64,000 bases of DNA, from the IMG/VR virus record IMGVR_UViG_3300042389_001478, positions 1 through 64,000 of that record; one strand, given 5' to 3'. This DNA comes from a virus. This document shows, one piece after another, positions 23,806 to 33,726 of this stretch; the stretch's first letter is position 1, and each line of letters opens with the position of its first letter. The notes under the pieces were generated by a model. It ran no database searches, had not been told where the DNA came from, and saw nothing but the letters and a program-made list of their open reading frames with translations. The translations under genes were made by a program, and so were the position numbers.

Positions 23806-26800
23806 ATGAGCAGCAGCAGAGGCAAATTTTTTATAGTTAATGGCCAAGCTAAAACCAATCCTCCAAAACCACAATCTCCGCCGGTATCAAGTTTACCGGC
23901 AATGACAGTTGGAGCTTGGGGTGATCCTCATATGTATATTACTGTTAGTTCTTTGGATAATAGAAAGAGAACAGTAACGAAAACAATAGCAAAATGGGAT
24001 GATAATAAACCGGGGCCAGTTGGAGATAACGAATTAAGATTACTAGATTTGACAACATCAACACAGATCATAAAGGTTTTTTATACAAATAAGACTTGGA
24101 ACTTAAATGCTCAGGGAGCTAAGGTCATCTCTAATATTAGAGTAGAATTTAATGGAGTTTCAACAACATATAATAATACCGCCAAAGTGACTGCAGGGCC
24201 GATTAGTTTAAATATACTTAAAAATGGCTCAGGCGCTAATACATATTTAACTTTTGAGATGAGTTGGAACACTATTAATAATGTGGTTCAGTTAAAAGGG
24301 GCACTAACCGTTATTCTTAAAAGAATAGCGGCAAACAATGGAGTGCCTTGGAACGGAGGAAGTGGTAGGTCTTGGGATGGCTTTGGAAAAGCTGCAGCTG
24401 CTTATGGTTTAAGTAGAAGTGATTTTGAAACTGGTATAGGCATTCAAAGTCAAAATACTATAGATTGCATAACTGTCACCGGAATGGATCCGTGGGTCGC
24501 CCGCTTCAATGAGGGTTTTCCAGGATTTAATGCGAATGGAACTTATGTCTTAAACGGTACGTCCGGAGGAAAACCTCGCTATACTCGAACAATTAGTTGG
24601 TATTCATCTGTAGATGTGCAGACCACACTAATGATAGCTTATAGTCCAGAAAGTCATGGATGGTACATATCTGAATTAGATTGGGATGGAGAACCGGAAG
24701 GCAGGGCTTTCTCTGGTTCACCGTACTATGCGCCATGGTCATATGCATCCTCGATCCCTCCATTAACCGGATGGTGGTCGGCCGCTAGCTATGGTTATAG
24801 CAACAGTATGTATATTACTTATAATTGTGGTCAAAATAATAACCAGACTACCGAATTAACTTTATCGTCAAATGAGGCAACATTTTTATCAGCTATTGGA
24901 GAAGATTTTATTCAAAATTCTGATATTTTTAATAATGTTACTGACGGCGGAGCAGAAGGAGAAGGAGACGGAGCCCCTGTAGACTTATGGGATGCCTCTA
25001 CTGAAACAGTTAAGGCGGTGCTTGATAATCCTATTGGTTTAGAAGGAGTTGTAGATCAGATACTTAGTTCAGGAACAACGACTACTACTTCAACTACAAC
25101 CACAGCAGAGCCAACTACAACTACAACCACGACAACGGCAGAGCCAACTACTACCACTACGACCACGACGGCCGCCCCGACAACAACCACCACCACCACT
25201 GCGGCGCCGACAGGAGCCCCCGATAATTTTATTTTAAGTGGATTGCCCAACACTAGTGACTTTGATACAAGCTATAATGGATGGAACGGAACATCTTATG
25301 TACAAGTATATCTTAATGGCATGAAATTCTCCAAGCGTCCCGGCGGTGATTACTATTCCAATGGTTTGACGAGCGTGCCGGATGGTCAAGGAGATCTCGG
25401 CCCTTCTACAACTCCTTGCTCATCGTGTTGCAACACCGAGTATCCGCCATCTCTTAATTTTTGCTGGGGTCAAGGAGACTTCAAATTTGAATTGCAAGCT
25501 GATTGGACGGGCAATTTTGTTCAAGGAGTTGGAGGAGGTCCTGGACTTTATTGGGCTTTGACCTATAGTGGCTCAGCACGAGCTTATACTCTGGATAATT
25601 CTTCGGCCGATGCATCAAATCCTCCAACAGTTTTGCCCACTACTGGCTGGAAAATTATGTATTCTAATACTGTGTTAAATCTGGTGTTTACAGCCCCCGG
25701 TGCGCCAACAACCACAACTACAACCACCACTACGACCACAACAACAACCACAGCAGAGCCAACAACTACCACAACCACAGCAGAGCCAACGACCACTACT
25801 ACCACAACAACCACCACAACAACCGCTGCGCCGACAACCACCACAACAACGGCAGCTCCATCAGGAAATACTCTCACTGTAAGCGGTCTTACGGGAGAAC
25901 AGTCTGGAGCTAATGGAGTTTATGTACAAGCGGGAACATATAATGGAAAGCCGTATTATGCGAAGGGCAGTTATGTTCAAGAAACATATGAGCCTTTTGT
26001 GAATGGCGAGTATATTATCATTTGGGGAGCCTTCGGGCCATTGTGGAACTGGTACAACAATGAAACAGGATCTCCTATTAGTTCAAACACCGAATCTACG
26101 GCGACTCCTCCCAAAACAGGAGAACCCGAATTTGGATCTTGGTTTAGTATTGACACCGGTAGCGTGACAATTACAGGCGGTGGCACAACCACTGAGCCTA
26201 CTACAACCACCACTACAACAACGACTGTAGCCCCCACGACCACGACCACTGCCGCTCCATCAGCAAATGGGCTGTCAATCTCTGGTTCAATGGGAGAAGA
26301 CGGAACATTCTGTCCGGTTGCCACTTATAGCGGAAAGCCATTCTACAAGCATACAAGTTTGATGTGGTTCATTTGGCACGATGGCTATGATTGGCTTTAC
26401 GGAGATAGCACTAGCGGTGGCTATAACCCAGCAAATCCCAGTCACGGCGCCTTTGTGGAGAATCTGAGATGGTTGGCTTCTAACTTCAGCAGTAGCTCAA
26501 CTCCACCGCTCACCGGATGGGGTGGTGACTTGAGTGGCGCAACAATAACGCAGACATCTTGTGGTGGTGGAGATCCGACAACAACAACCACTACCACAAC
26601 TACAACGACCACCACCACAACTGCCGCCCCAAGTGGTCCACCTTCTGGATTTGCTGGGGCTGGATATTATCTTAGCACTGAAGGAGCTACTATTAGTGGA
26701 GCCACTACAGACACAAGCTTTAATGGCACATATAGGGTGGTAAAAGAATATGATTCTAATGGAAATGTGGTTGGTTTTGTTGGAAATAGTGGCGGTAGTG

Positions 26801-27039
26801 TTTGGTATACAAAGGTTGTCAATGGAGCTAATGGTTGGAGCAATAGTATTGTCAAACAGTCTTCTGTTTGGGAAATTGGAAGTTTTCTATATTTAAATAC
26901 TGACGTGTCATCAAATGTTGTTCCGACTACTGGCTGGAGAGAATACTGTCCGAATTATGACAACAGTTGTGATCCCGCTACATCCTTAGTCGTTTCCATA
27001 GTTTCTTTTAACGATATAATACCAGACTATATTTTTTAA
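23806..27039 (+). CDS. mucin-like virion adhesin 1 (GDPH domain, Thr-rich linkers, PPxTGW modules)
   Basis: WGDPH near the N-terminus; four poly-Thr/AAP linkers separating aromatic modules. Confidence 0.8.
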   Translation: MSSSRGKFFIVNGQAKTNPPKPQSPPVSSLPAMTVGAWGDPHMYITVSSLDNRKRTVTKTIAKWDDNKPGPVGDNELRLLDLTTSTQIIKVFYTNKTWNLNAQGAKVISNIRVEFNGVSTTYNNTAKVTAGPISLNILKNGSGANTYLTFEMSWNTINNVVQLKGALTVILKRIAANNGVPWNGGSGRSWDGFGKAAAAYGLSRSDFETGIGIQSQNTIDCITVTGMDPWVARFNEGFPGFNANGTYVLNGTSGGKPRYTRTISWYSSVDVQTTLMIAYSPESHGWYISELDWDGEPEGRAFSGSPYYAPWSYASSIPPLTGWWSAASYGYSNSMYITYNCGQNNNQTTELTLSSNEATFLSAIGEDFIQNSDIFNNVTDGGAEGEGDGAPVDLWDASTETVKAVLDNPIGLEGVVDQILSSGTTTTTSTTTTAEPTTTTTTTTAEPTTTTTTTTAAPTTTTTTTAAPTGAPDNFILSGLPNTSDFDTSYNGWNGTSYVQVYLNGMKFSKRPGGDYYSNGLTSVPDGQGDLGPSTTPCSSCCNTEYPPSLNFCWGQGDFKFELQADWTGNFVQGVGGGPGLYWALTYSGSARAYTLDNSSADASNPPTVLPTTGWKIMYSNTVLNLVFTAPGAPTTTTTTTTTTTTTTTAEPTTTTTTAEPTTTTTTTTTTTTAAPTTTTTTAAPSGNTLTVSGLTGEQSGANGVYVQAGTYNGKPYYAKGSYVQETYEPFVNGEYIIIWGAFGPLWNWYNNETGSPISSNTESTATPPKTGEPEFGSWFSIDTGSVTITGGGTTTEPTTTTTTTTTVAPTTTTTAAPSANGLSISGSMGEDGTFCPVATYSGKPFYKHTSLMWFIWHDGYDWLYGDSTSGGYNPANPSHGAFVENLRWLASNFSSSSTPPLTGWGGDLSGATITQTSCGGGDPTTTTTTTTTTTTTTTAAPSGPPSGFAGAGYYLSTEGATISGATTDTSFNGTYRVVKEYDSNGNVVGFVGNSGGSVWYTKVVNGANGWSNSIVKQSSVWEIGSFLYLNTDVSSNVVPTTGWREYCPNYDNSCDPATSLVVSIVSFNDIIPDYIF
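25075..25206 (+). repeat. Thr-rich coding repeat
   Basis: T7-8(AEP/AAP) x4; further tracts near 25707-25860, 26185-26260 and 26578-26630. Confidence 0.9.
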
Positions 27040-27077
27040 TGAATTAAATTCTTTATTATTGAAATGAAATACACAAA

Positions 27078-29939
27078 ATGAAAAATGGCAAATTCTTTAT
27101 AGTCAATGGACAAGCTAAAACCAATCCTCCGCAACCACCATCTCCTCCATTATCAAGTTTGCCAGGAATGACGATAGGGGGCTGGGGAGATCCTCATCTT
27201 TATATTACTACTAGTTCTGTAGATTCTAAAAAAAGAGTAAAAACTAAAACTATAGCCCAATGGGGAGATAATAAAGCTGGAGTAGCAGGAAATAACGAAA
27301 TTCAGCTATTAGATCTACAAACATTAACACATAGTATAAAAATTTATTATACGAACAAGGCTTATGGTAGTGCTAAGGTTATTGATAATATAAGAGTAAA
27401 CTATAATGGTGTTTCTACAATATATAATGCTACTACAAAACTAACTCTTGGTCCAGTAACTCTATATATTCTTAAGAAAGGATCGGGAAATAGCTCTTAT
27501 CTAAATTTTGAAATTAGTTGGTCTAATATTAATAATGTAGTTAAATTAGGTGGTGCTATAGTACCCATTCTTAAAAGAGTAGCTGATAATAATGGGGTTT
27601 TATGGAATGGTGGAGATGGATCATCATGGGACGGTTTCGGAAAAGCACTGGCTCCCTATGGTTTGAGCAGAAGCAGTTTTGAAACTGGAATTGGAATTCA
27701 GGCCACAGAAGAAGAATTAGCTCTATCAGAACAGGAAGCTAATTTCTTAGCAGCTGCAGATGAAAACTTTACTCAAAATAATAGTATATTTAATAATTTA
27801 GAAAATCTTGGAGAAAACGGAGAGGGAGATGGTGCTAATATTGGAGATTGGGATCCCGAACATCGTGTGATGGAACCAGTTTATTCTAATGATGATGGAT
27901 TACCACTGGCTGTAGACGTTGCTCTCGGCAATGTAACAACTACCACTCCGATCCCAGAATTATGGGGCAAATGGGAGATAACAGTATATAGATGCGGCCA
28001 AGCAGGCTGGGCTAGGAGAACAACAAATAAAATTTGTACTTGGAGTCACTTTCATGCAACCTCTACAAACGGCAGCGGGCGCAACAACTTAGATGCACAA
28101 AAGCTTATTCCATCAAATGATCCTTTAATTCCTGCGTCTTTTAATCCCCAGTCGTGTTTTTCCTCAGAAGTCAGATGCGGACCCGTAAAACTGGCGCCAG
28201 AGCTAGACTCCAGCCAAGATACAATTGGTCCAAACTATAAATTCTCTGAGAGTTGGACCATAATCGAAGACGGAGCTCCACCGATATATGCAAATACCCA
28301 GTCGATTTACTTGGGGGTTTATCTGAATAGAGATAACACCACCCAAGGATGGACGAACCTATCAGAACCAAGACCCACAGAGTACACTGTTCAACAAAAT
28401 AGCAGATGCGTATGTAGCGTCAATACTTTTAGCGGCTGCACAGAAGGAAATATCCTGGTTGATTGGTGTTCGGCCATAGGGGGAAATGTACAGCAAGGTA
28501 ATTGCTACATGGCATGTTGTGAAGAATCCGAATGCACAGATATAACTGGAAACTATAGCAACAACCCAGACAGCCCTATCTACAGAGCCCCGTGCACAAA
28601 CACAAACTCTTATCCCCAGACACAATGCCAACCGAATCCATGTGGACCCACAACCACCACAACAACGCCAGAGCCAACAACCACCACAACAACGCCAGAG
28701 CCAACAACCACCACAACAACGCCAGAGCCAACAACCACCACAACAACGCCAGAGCCAACAACCACCACTACGACGGCTGCTCCGACAACTACCACAACTC
28801 TGCCTCCAGACGACCCTCTTTGCGTCTGGAACTACGTCTCCGGGATATCTGGTCCGCTTAATTGTGGTTATTATGGCACACAAAACACCGCCCAGAACGC
28901 GACACAATGTGGTCAGAATTGGTGCACCAATTACGCCAGACCGGAGGACGCTCAGTATCTTTGTCAAGAAGGGTGGTCGCTCACCGGCTGCAGAATAACA
29001 GAACCATATCGTTCAGGTGGCGAAAACGCAGAATGGTTTGTTGATGTGTCCGTAAGATGCTGTCCACCAACCACCACAACAACAACAGCATCTCCGACAA
29101 CTACCACAACAACAGCATCTCCGACAACTACCACAACAACAGCATCTCCGACAACTACCACAACAACAGCATCTCCGACAACTACCACAACAACAGCATC
29201 TCCGACAACCACAACACCTAGTCCTGACGCTATTAGCTGTCCAAATGGATCTAGCGATTGCTATTATTATACTAGTCTTTATGCCGGAAATCCAGACTTT
29301 GGAACATTCACAGTTACCAACGCTGGCAGCTATGTTGTAACAGCAGCTTACGGAGAGTCAGAACCAGGAGCAAACGATGGAACTCAAGCTGGTACCTATA
29401 GTATGAATGGGACTTATGTGTGGGGTGGCTATGGATCATGGGATAAGCAGGGGGTTGGTGGAGGAGGATCAAGTAATAATATGTTCATAATAACTCCTAC
29501 TAATGAGGGATATGGTGGAGATAAATTAACTATTTATGGTGGCGGTCCAGCAGGATTTGCCTCTTGGCATTTTACAGGAACTACCACCGAATATAATAGT
29601 TGTTCTCCATGGACTTTTTCGGGCTGGACGAAACTAACAATGCCAAATGGAATAACAGTAAATGGGTCCGCACCTACAGTAGTAAAAACCGAATCAACAA
29701 ATGACAGATCTCTTTGTATTAATGCTGGCGGAAGATACCAGCCGGGTGGTATAAATTATCCCGCAGAGTGTACTTTTTATGATGTTCTTCCTGAAGATGA
29801 ATTTTATGAATTTCAACCTCCCCATGCTTCTCCCGGAGGAAGTTGGACATATATTTACAATGGTTTCTATCAAGGAACTTGTGTAAATGGAATATGTCAA
29901 ACTTTCACATACAATCCTACCAACTGTCAATTTAGCTAG
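27078..29939 (+). CDS. mucin-like virion adhesin 2 (GDPH domain, Cys-rich modules, Thr repeats)
   Basis: N-terminal ~270 aa paralogous to 23806; WGDPH; many Cys; T6PEP and T6ASP repeats. Confidence 0.8.
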   Translation: MKNGKFFIVNGQAKTNPPQPPSPPLSSLPGMTIGGWGDPHLYITTSSVDSKKRVKTKTIAQWGDNKAGVAGNNEIQLLDLQTLTHSIKIYYTNKAYGSAKVIDNIRVNYNGVSTIYNATTKLTLGPVTLYILKKGSGNSSYLNFEISWSNINNVVKLGGAIVPILKRVADNNGVLWNGGDGSSWDGFGKALAPYGLSRSSFETGIGIQATEEELALSEQEANFLAAADENFTQNNSIFNNLENLGENGEGDGANIGDWDPEHRVMEPVYSNDDGLPLAVDVALGNVTTTTPIPELWGKWEITVYRCGQAGWARRTTNKICTWSHFHATSTNGSGRNNLDAQKLIPSNDPLIPASFNPQSCFSSEVRCGPVKLAPELDSSQDTIGPNYKFSESWTIIEDGAPPIYANTQSIYLGVYLNRDNTTQGWTNLSEPRPTEYTVQQNSRCVCSVNTFSGCTEGNILVDWCSAIGGNVQQGNCYMACCEESECTDITGNYSNNPDSPIYRAPCTNTNSYPQTQCQPNPCGPTTTTTTPEPTTTTTTPEPTTTTTTPEPTTTTTTPEPTTTTTTAAPTTTTTLPPDDPLCVWNYVSGISGPLNCGYYGTQNTAQNATQCGQNWCTNYARPEDAQYLCQEGWSLTGCRITEPYRSGGENAEWFVDVSVRCCPPTTTTTTASPTTTTTTASPTTTTTTASPTTTTTTASPTTTTTTASPTTTTPSPDAISCPNGSSDCYYYTSLYAGNPDFGTFTVTNAGSYVVTAAYGESEPGANDGTQAGTYSMNGTYVWGGYGSWDKQGVGGGGSSNNMFIITPTNEGYGGDKLTIYGGGPAGFASWHFTGTTTEYNSCSPWTFSGWTKLTMPNGITVNGSAPTVVKTESTNDRSLCINAGGRYQPGGINYPAECTFYDVLPEDEFYEFQPPHASPGGSWTYIYNGFYQGTCVNGICQTFTYNPTNCQFS
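28650..28757 (+). repeat. perfect 27-nt tandem repeat x4
   Basis: acaaccaccacaacaacgccagagcca (TTTTTTPEP). Confidence 0.95.
29070..29204 (+). repeat. 27-nt tandem repeat x5 (4 identical)
   Basis: acaactaccacaacaacagcatctccg (TTTTTTASP). Confidence 0.95.
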
Positions 29940-29989
29940 TAATAGTCTGTGATATTTTGATGATAGATCAAAGCATTGTATTATACTAC

Positions 29990-30017
29990 TTGCCAATACG
30001 GCGATAGGTTGTATTAT
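29990..30017 (+). promoter_or_regulatory. sigma70-like promoter inside the late region
   Basis: TTGCCA-16-TATTAT with CGATA in the spacer, as in the early promoters; AAGGAG RBS follows. Confidence 0.5.
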
Positions 30018-30037
30018 AAAAAGAAGGAGACCAAAAT

Positions 30038-30442
30038 ATGATCAATACTAATAATGTGGCTGATGTTATCCCCATGTTGATTCAAGACTCTGAGACTTTC
30101 GAAAAACTTAAGAGTGATTTTCCAAACATATTAGCAGATCTAGTAACTTTTAAAGATAATCCTAATTGCTCTTGTCGAGGACGAGTTTTTAAATTCTTTA
30201 CTGAGTATCTAGAAACTAATCCAGGATCTTTAGACAAATATATTAAAGATGCTTCAGAAGTAACTCTAAAACTACAGTCTCTAAGTGAAGAAAGAGTCAA
30301 TAATAATTATGCAGGAAAAATGTTCGTGATTGGTAAGGACGAAGAGGCTTGGAAGAGTTTTGCTGCAACATTACCCGGCAAGATGTTTCGCATGTTTAGT
30401 GTGACCGAAAGAGATGATAGTGTTGCGGTTTATTTCTTATGA
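30038..30442 (+). CDS. hypothetical protein with CxC motif
   Basis: 134 aa, DNPNCSCRGR. Confidence 0.75.
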   Translation: MINTNNVADVIPMLIQDSETFEKLKSDFPNILADLVTFKDNPNCSCRGRVFKFFTEYLETNPGSLDKYIKDASEVTLKLQSLSEERVNNNYAGKMFVIGKDEEAWKSFAATLPGKMFRMFSVTERDDSVAVYFL

Positions 30443-30732
30443 GTTTATTTATTATTTATTTATTTTGCTCTTTAGGAATAAGTTACGCTTGGAGCGATAC
30501 TCAGATTACTCAACCATTAAGAAATCTTGTTGCGCGAGTTCCTTATGTTCGTAAGCCTCTATTATGTCATGAGTGTGTCAGCTTTTGGATTAGTCTGGCT
30601 CTTTCATTCTTTATAAATCCGTTGGAAGGCTATGCTAGTAGTGGAGTTAGCCATTTATTGAGTGGTTTTTGTGGGTTTTTCATTAATATGGTCTTTGTGA
30701 GAAAACATTTGATTCCTTACAGAGACTCATAA
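30439..30732 (+). CDS. membrane protein with CxxC (DUF1360-like)
   Basis: Three hydrophobic segments and LLCHECVSFW motif; ATGA-coupled to the previous gene. Confidence 0.65.
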   Translation: MSLFIIYLFCSLGISYAWSDTQITQPLRNLVARVPYVRKPLLCHECVSFWISLALSFFINPLEGYASSGVSHLLSGFCGFFINMVFVRKHLIPYRDS

Positions 30733-30752
30733 AAGGAATAATTAAAATAGAT

Positions 30753-31613
30753 ATGAATAAATTACTTACAATTGGCATGAGCACTTATGACGATTTTGAT
30801 GGAGTTTATTTTACCATTCAAGCTCTCAGAATGTATCATTCAATATGTGATACTAATGACATAGAAATAATAGTATTAGATAATAATCCAGAAGGAGTTC
30901 ACGGACAAGAACTTCAAAAATTTATTGCCGGATGGACAAATGGTAATGGAAAATATGTTCCTATAAAAGATAAGTCTTCTTCTTTTAACAAATATAAGGT
31001 AGTAGACCACGCCTCTGGACAATATGTTCTTATTTTAGATTGTCATGTATTATTAGCTAATAATGCAATAGAAACACTATTAAATTACTATTCTTCTCAT
31101 CCTGATTGTAAAGACTTAATTCAGGGGCCTCTGCTATATGATGACTTAAGAAACCTCTCAACAGAATTCAAAGATGAATGGAGAGGGGACATGTATGGCA
31201 TATGGCACAACAGTCCAGAAGCTTACTCAAAGGGGGAGCCTTTTGAAATAAAATTACAGGGTATGGGATTATGTTCATTTGAAAAGAAAAATTGGCCCGG
31301 TATTTGTCCTTACTTTAAAGGGTTTGGGGGAGAAGAAGGATACATAGCGGAAAAGTTTAGACGAAATGGCGGTAAAAATATTTGTATTCCTTCATTAAAG
31401 TGGGTTCATCGCTTTGGTCGCCCCAACGGAGTTAAATATCCATTAATATTAGAAGATAGAATATGGAATTATTTTGTAGGATGGCTAGAAATCACAAGAG
31501 ATCCAAGTCACCATATGATAGTTGATACATACAATCATTTTAAGGGTCGAATTCCTCAAGATAGTTTGGATAATATATTGGAAAGAGCCAAAAATAAGAT
31601 CATTAATAGCTAA
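30753..31613 (+). CDS. family 2 glycosyltransferase
   Basis: LTIGMSTYDD N-terminus, IIVLDNN, LILDCH (DxD-like), GFGGEEG motif. Confidence 0.85.
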   Translation: MNKLLTIGMSTYDDFDGVYFTIQALRMYHSICDTNDIEIIVLDNNPEGVHGQELQKFIAGWTNGNGKYVPIKDKSSSFNKYKVVDHASGQYVLILDCHVLLANNAIETLLNYYSSHPDCKDLIQGPLLYDDLRNLSTEFKDEWRGDMYGIWHNSPEAYSKGEPFEIKLQGMGLCSFEKKNWPGICPYFKGFGGEEGYIAEKFRRNGGKNICIPSLKWVHRFGRPNGVKYPLILEDRIWNYFVGWLEITRDPSHHMIVDTYNHFKGRIPQDSLDNILERAKNKIINS

Positions 31614-31637
31614 ATAGATCAATACTATCTTGCTCGT

Positions 31638-31648
31638 GGGTGTATTAA
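31638..31648 (+). promoter_or_regulatory. candidate late promoter
   Basis: GGGTGTATTAA upstream of 31697. Confidence 0.55.
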
Positions 31649-31696
31649 TTACTATTATACCGTATAGTATTCATAAAAATAGGACTATATCATAAG

Positions 31697-33694
31697 ATGG
31701 CCGTAAATGATCTTATTACATTTCGTAAAGGAACAGCCTCAGCATGGACTTCAGCCAATCCAGTATTAGCTAGCGGCGAGCCCGGTTATGATTTAACCAA
31801 TAGCATTCTCAAAATAGGGGATGGAGTTTCAAATTGGGTAGCTCTTAGTGGAATTGGATCAACTAGTCTTAATAATTCATCATCCTCTTCCTCTGTGGGT
31901 GTTAGAGGAATTATAAGCACCACAGGGACATTGACCAGTTTTGCCGTATCAGGAGGTTACCCCGTTGGATATTTAGATCTATTCCAAGATGGAATTAAAT
32001 TAGTATCAGACCTCGACTTTTCTGCAACAGATGGATCTAATGTTACTCTTAGTAACAGTGTCCCTTCTGGTACAGTTTTAGAGTATTTAACAATGGCTTC
32101 TGGAGTTTCTTCTGGAGGAGGTTCTTTATCTGGAAGTGTTACGATTCCGGGAAGTGATCCGTATTGGGATAGCGTTTTGTTGCTATTGCGCGGCGACGGC
32201 AACCTCACGGACTCGTCCAAGTACGGTCGCACACTGACGGCCCACGGTAACGCAGCGGCGAACGCGGCGGGCAAGTATGGCACCAACTCTATTGCGTTGG
32301 ATGGGACGGGCGACTACCTGTCGTTGTCAAGCAGTGACTTTTCGTGGGGAACGAGCGACTGGACGGCTGAAGCGTGGGTATGGCTGACTGCCTACGGCAC
32401 CTACGGTTCGTACTTCTCGACGTACTTCAGCAATGGATCTCCGTTCGGCGTGTCTGTTGGCGTGACGAACACCGGCTATCCGTTTCTGATGCACCCGGGC
32501 GGCGCGAACATCGAAGGATCCTCGCTGCTCCCGACCGGGCAATGGGTGCATCTTGCCGCCGTTCGCGCAAGCGGCGTGGTGACCTACTACGTTAACGGCA
32601 CGTCTGTCGGGAGCGTGACGGCTGCTGACTCGCACGGACAGTCCAATGTGGTTGTAGGCCGCACCTATGTGGAGTTGAACAACAATTATTGGAACGGCCG
32701 CATCGCGGAACTTCGCGTCACGCAGGCGGCTCGCTATACTGCCAACTTCACGCCTCCAACTGCTGCTCTGCCAACGACAATCTTTCAGGCATCACCTCAG
32801 ATCCTCCCCGTCACCATTACTGGCTCTAGCGGCAATTCTTCTGGTCTTTCGTGGTCAAGTGTCCCAGCATCAGCATCAGCAAGCGGTACTACTGGTCAAA
32901 TAGCATATGATAGTAATTATTTTTATGTAGCTACTGCTAGTAATACTTGGAAAAGATCTATATTATCATCATGGTTTTCTCTTAATAGTATAAGCAGCTT
33001 AAATATGTGGTTAGACGCTTCGGTATCGAGTAGCTTACGAAGTACTACTTCCGGGGGCTCTATTGTTGGCATCAATGGGTCTGTGGCTAGATGGGAAGAT
33101 CAAAGCGGTAATGGAAATCATTTTACCCAATCAGATTCTCAATATTGTCCTATATATGATGGAACAGGACTGGTATTAGCAGAGAATACAGGAAGGTATT
33201 TATTAGCGTCTTATCCAATAACAGAAAATAATTTTTCTTTTTTTGCTGCTATTGTACTTAATGGACGAAATAATTCGCGTCATACATATGGTCGAATTTT
33301 TAGTGGAGCCCCAACTACTAGCGGAGGAGCAGATTATGCCGACAATAACGGTCTTTTATTTGCAGATTTTCCTTCCCCCAGCTTGCAAGCATATAGAAAC
33401 AGCTCAACCATAGCGTCCACCACAGCCCTAAGCATAGGAACACGAGTAGTTGTTGGTTTTACAGTAAATAGCGGGTCTGTTACTATCTATAGAAATAAAT
33501 CATATACGTCTGGCAGTACCAGCTCTACTCCTGTGAATATACAAACAGTTAGGCTTGGTAATAATGCCGCCCCGAATACCGACTCATCACTTAATGGGGC
33601 TTACTATGAAGTTGTGATGTTTAATAGCGCTTTGGATAATACTACATCTCAATCTGTTATTGATTATTTAATGAGTAAATGGAGTATAGCTTAA
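31697..33694 (+). CDS. fibre protein: Mtd_N-like head, LamG/ConA lectin domain, C-terminal LamG-like domain
   Basis: FRKGTASAW...GEPGYD...KIGDG; DPYWDSVLLLLRGDG...WTAEAWV...WVHLAAVR...LYVNG...ELRVT. Confidence 0.85.
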   Translation: MAVNDLITFRKGTASAWTSANPVLASGEPGYDLTNSILKIGDGVSNWVALSGIGSTSLNNSSSSSSVGVRGIISTTGTLTSFAVSGGYPVGYLDLFQDGIKLVSDLDFSATDGSNVTLSNSVPSGTVLEYLTMASGVSSGGGSLSGSVTIPGSDPYWDSVLLLLRGDGNLTDSSKYGRTLTAHGNAAANAAGKYGTNSIALDGTGDYLSLSSSDFSWGTSDWTAEAWVWLTAYGTYGSYFSTYFSNGSPFGVSVGVTNTGYPFLMHPGGANIEGSSLLPTGQWVHLAAVRASGVVTYYVNGTSVGSVTAADSHGQSNVVVGRTYVELNNNYWNGRIAELRVTQAARYTANFTPPTAALPTTIFQASPQILPVTITGSSGNSSGLSWSSVPASASASGTTGQIAYDSNYFYVATASNTWKRSILSSWFSLNSISSLNMWLDASVSSSLRSTTSGGSIVGINGSVARWEDQSGNGNHFTQSDSQYCPIYDGTGLVLAENTGRYLLASYPITENNFSFFAAIVLNGRNNSRHTYGRIFSGAPTTSGGADYADNNGLLFADFPSPSLQAYRNSSTIASTTALSIGTRVVVGFTVNSGSVTIYRNKSYTSGSTSSTPVNIQTVRLGNNAAPNTDSSLNGAYYEVVMFNSALDNTTSQSVIDYLMSKWSIA

Positions 33695-33726
33695 TATTAT
33701 TTATTAATAATAAAAGATAAAACAAA

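Noticed and set aside
25056-29212. Val-rich minus-strand ORFs and Gln/Asn-rich alternate-frame ORFs
   Set aside because: Shadows of the Thr-codon repeats in the real plus-strand genes; the same applies at 50177-50425.
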